A DNA stretch of 5,578 nt from Promethearchaeota archaeon (lineage in GTDB: Archaea; Asgardarchaeota; Odinarchaeia; Odinarchaeales; JBHLKK01), in assembly GCA_048939465.1 (NCBI GenBank), contig JBHLPL010000015.1:19887-25464 (forward strand), read 5' to 3'. The notes below the pieces were generated by a model. The model made no database searches. It was not told where the DNA came from and was given only the letters and a program-made list of their open reading frames with translations. The position numbers were made by a program, and so were the translations under genes. This document shows positions 3,924 to 5,578 of this stretch, in pieces (the first letter of the stretch is position 1; the number at the start of each line of letters is the position of its first letter).

Positions 3924-5578
3924 CTATGATTTCCTCAGTTTTTCCAAGAACTCCCTTCTTTCTTCTGGCGGCAGGCTTTTGAGTTCTTCGGTGAGAATCA
4001 GCTTTTCTTCAGCGGAGATTATTTGCTTCTGTAAGAGTTCTTCCAGTGCGTCCTCTATCTCTTCTTCCGTTAGAACCTCTTTGGCGAGTTCTTTCTTGAT
4101 TAACGCTTGTTGTTCAGCCCTTGCTCCCACCAATGTTCTTATAAATTGATCTCTTTCTGAAGGCTCCATTCCAGAGAGCTCGGATACAAGAGCTTCTTTT
4201 TCACTCTCAGGTAAACTTGGGAATTTATCATAAACAACTTCTCGCAGTTTGGCAATCTCCGGAATCAGTTCTGCCTTCCCAGGAGAGGGGGCTAGTTCCG
4301 CTTCGGGCATCGATATTCCGGCGGACGCGAAGAACTTAGATTTACTTCCGCTTATCAGAGCTTCTCTCGTCGCGATTATCTCCTCTTTAACTTGCTTATT
4401 CTTTTTTATCGAACTTATAGTTCTTACTATCTTCTTGACAGTCGATGGAAGTCTTGCCCATCTGTAGTATCTTAGGGCTCCGTATCCTGCCGGAACAGCA
4501 GTAATCCCTATCATAAATAGCGCAAGAGTTAGGATAAGCGGGAACGGTGTCCCTATTGACAAGCTGAACCGAACGGATCCCGTAGGAGTATCATAGACTT
4601 CAAAGGTAGTATCTCCTACTGTTCTTCCTGGCAGTGCTACATTTAGATTTATCCAGTAATCTCCCGGTTCTAGGTCTTGCGTTGATATGACGGCCTCATA
4701 TGCGGTTCCCACAAGGCTAAGTCTGCCAGATATCGAGGTTCCCTCGATGAAATAGGTTATGTTGGCGTCTAGAATTGGCAACTGATTATCCGTATCCATC
4801 AATTCTACTCTAAGCGGATTATCCTCCCCTGCCGACACACTGGCATTCCATACCAGAAGGGAAATGGACGGCTGCAATTTTTCTGTGAGAACCGTTCTTG
4901 TATCCGCTATTGGTATTGCAGAAAGTTCATAGAATGTTTTGTTCGCGTACGCAACAGCGAGATACGATCCAGGTTTCATTGCTGAGGTGTTTAGTTCTAT
5001 CTCATATTCTCCGTTCCCGAGTGGTGTGTATGACCAGTAGCTGGAATTCCAATTAAAGGTAATGCCGGCATTCTCAATCGGACCTATTCTTGGATCCAGA
5101 TTACATGAATATTTGACAATCATACTTACGTTTCTTCCCCAGGGAACTTCAGCAGGATCCGGCTCGATGCTCATCAATTCTAAACTGGCTGACCACTCAT
5201 CTATTACTTGAAGAGGTATTGAGAATTGAATCGATTGATAGTATTGTGATATTGAAATCAAGACGATTATTGTATAATTCTCAGCATTCGAACCCGATGT
5301 ATTTAGACTGAAAGCATATAGTCCGGAAGAACCTGTTTGACCGAAGGGATTTTGGACTTCTTCCCAAGGAAGAATATAGGTTCCATTTGCGCCTGTCACA
5401 TTTCTGACAGGATCCATCACCGTATCGTTAGATTTAGCCCTAAATGTGACTGTTAGATTCTCTCCCAGTGCGGCTCGAAGCATTTTAGTACCGTCAACAG
5501 TTAGCTCGAAGTCTAGAGAGGAACCCCATGGCTCCACGTATGTAGGTACTGGAAGAAGATTTAAGGTGATATTCAGTT
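3924..5578 (-). CDS. C-terminal part of a large single-pass surface/S-layer-like glycoprotein with Ig-like beta-sandwich repeats, a TM helix and a helical cytoplasmic tail (5' end outside the window)
   Basis: The frame stays open from the GTG at 5537 to the window edge (LNITLNLLPVPTY-VEPWG...). Three repeats share G.Y...(L/I).T.....(G/N)Y: SGLYAFSLNTSGSNAENY, NGEYEIELNTSAMKPGSY and GTAYEAVISTQDLEPGDY. There are 13 N-X-S/T sequons before the hydrophobic segment FPLILTLALFMIGITAVPAGYGAL (4544-4473) and none after it. Basic residues follow the TM (RYYRWARLPSTVKKIVR). Confidence 0.85.
   Translation of the reverse strand, partial: LNITLNLLPVPTYVEPWGSSLDFELTVDGTKMLRAALGENLTVTFRAKSNDTVMDPVRNVTGANGTYILPWEEVQNPFGQTGSSGLYAFSLNTSGSNAENYTIIVLISISQYYQSIQFSIPLQVIDEWSASLELMSIEPDPAEVPWGRNVSMIVKYSCNLDPRIGPIENAGITFNWNSSYWSYTPLGNGEYEIELNTSAMKPGSYLAVAYANKTFYELSAIPIADTRTVLTEKLQPSISLLVWNASVSAGEDNPLRVELMDTDNQLPILDANITYFIEGTSISGRLSLVGTAYEAVISTQDLEPGDYWINLNVALPGRTVGDTTFEVYDTPTGSVRFSLSIGTPFPLILTLALFMIGITAVPAGYGALRYYRWARLPSTVKKIVRTISSIKKNKQVKEEIIATREALISGSKSKFFASAGISMPEAELAPSPGKAELIPEIAKLREVVYDKFPSLPESEKEALVSELSGMEPSERDQFIRTLVGARAEQQALIKKELAKEVLTEEEIEDALEELLQKQIISAEEKLILTEELKSLPPEERREFLEKLRKS
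3927..4217 (-). repeat. Four degenerate short helical repeats in the cytoplasmic tail of the membrane protein
   Basis: SLPESEKEALVSEL, GMEPSERDQFIRTL, IISAEEKLILTEEL and SLPPEERREFLEKL, arranged as two similar pairs separated by an E/K-rich helix. Confidence 0.6.

Noticed and set aside
3844-4467. Plus-strand ORFs 3844-4149 and 4249-4467
   Set aside because: They are Ser-rich antisense shadows of the E/K-rich tail of the membrane protein.

Overview
Archaeal genomic window, probably from an Asgard-type lineage. This is inferred from the archaeal TTTAAAT boxes, a GGTGA Shine-Dalgarno site, a Roadblock/LC7 gene and a large sequon-rich single-pass surface protein. On the minus strand a three-gene run encodes a Panacea/YwgA-like protein with a putative OB-fold C-terminus (2626-1679), a class I PLP aminotransferase (1611-448) and a glyoxylate reductase-type 2-hydroxyacid dehydrogenase cut by the window edge (425-<1). 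Divergently, a Roadblock/LC7 protein with a long acidic P/S/T/E linker and a terminal amphipathic helix is encoded at 2824-3546. It converges with the 3' part of a large Ig-like-repeat membrane protein (>5578-3924). The most unexplained feature is the ~300-nt gap between the convergent genes (~3543-3850). It is packed with complementary segments: local hairpins, an end-closing helix and long-range 6-8 bp pairings. Its non-Watson-Crick positions read consistently as G-U wobbles on the minus strand. It looks like an unannotated structured RNA, and its 3' end resembles a decayed IS200/IS605 right end with no tnpB present. All folding and domain calls were made by eye.
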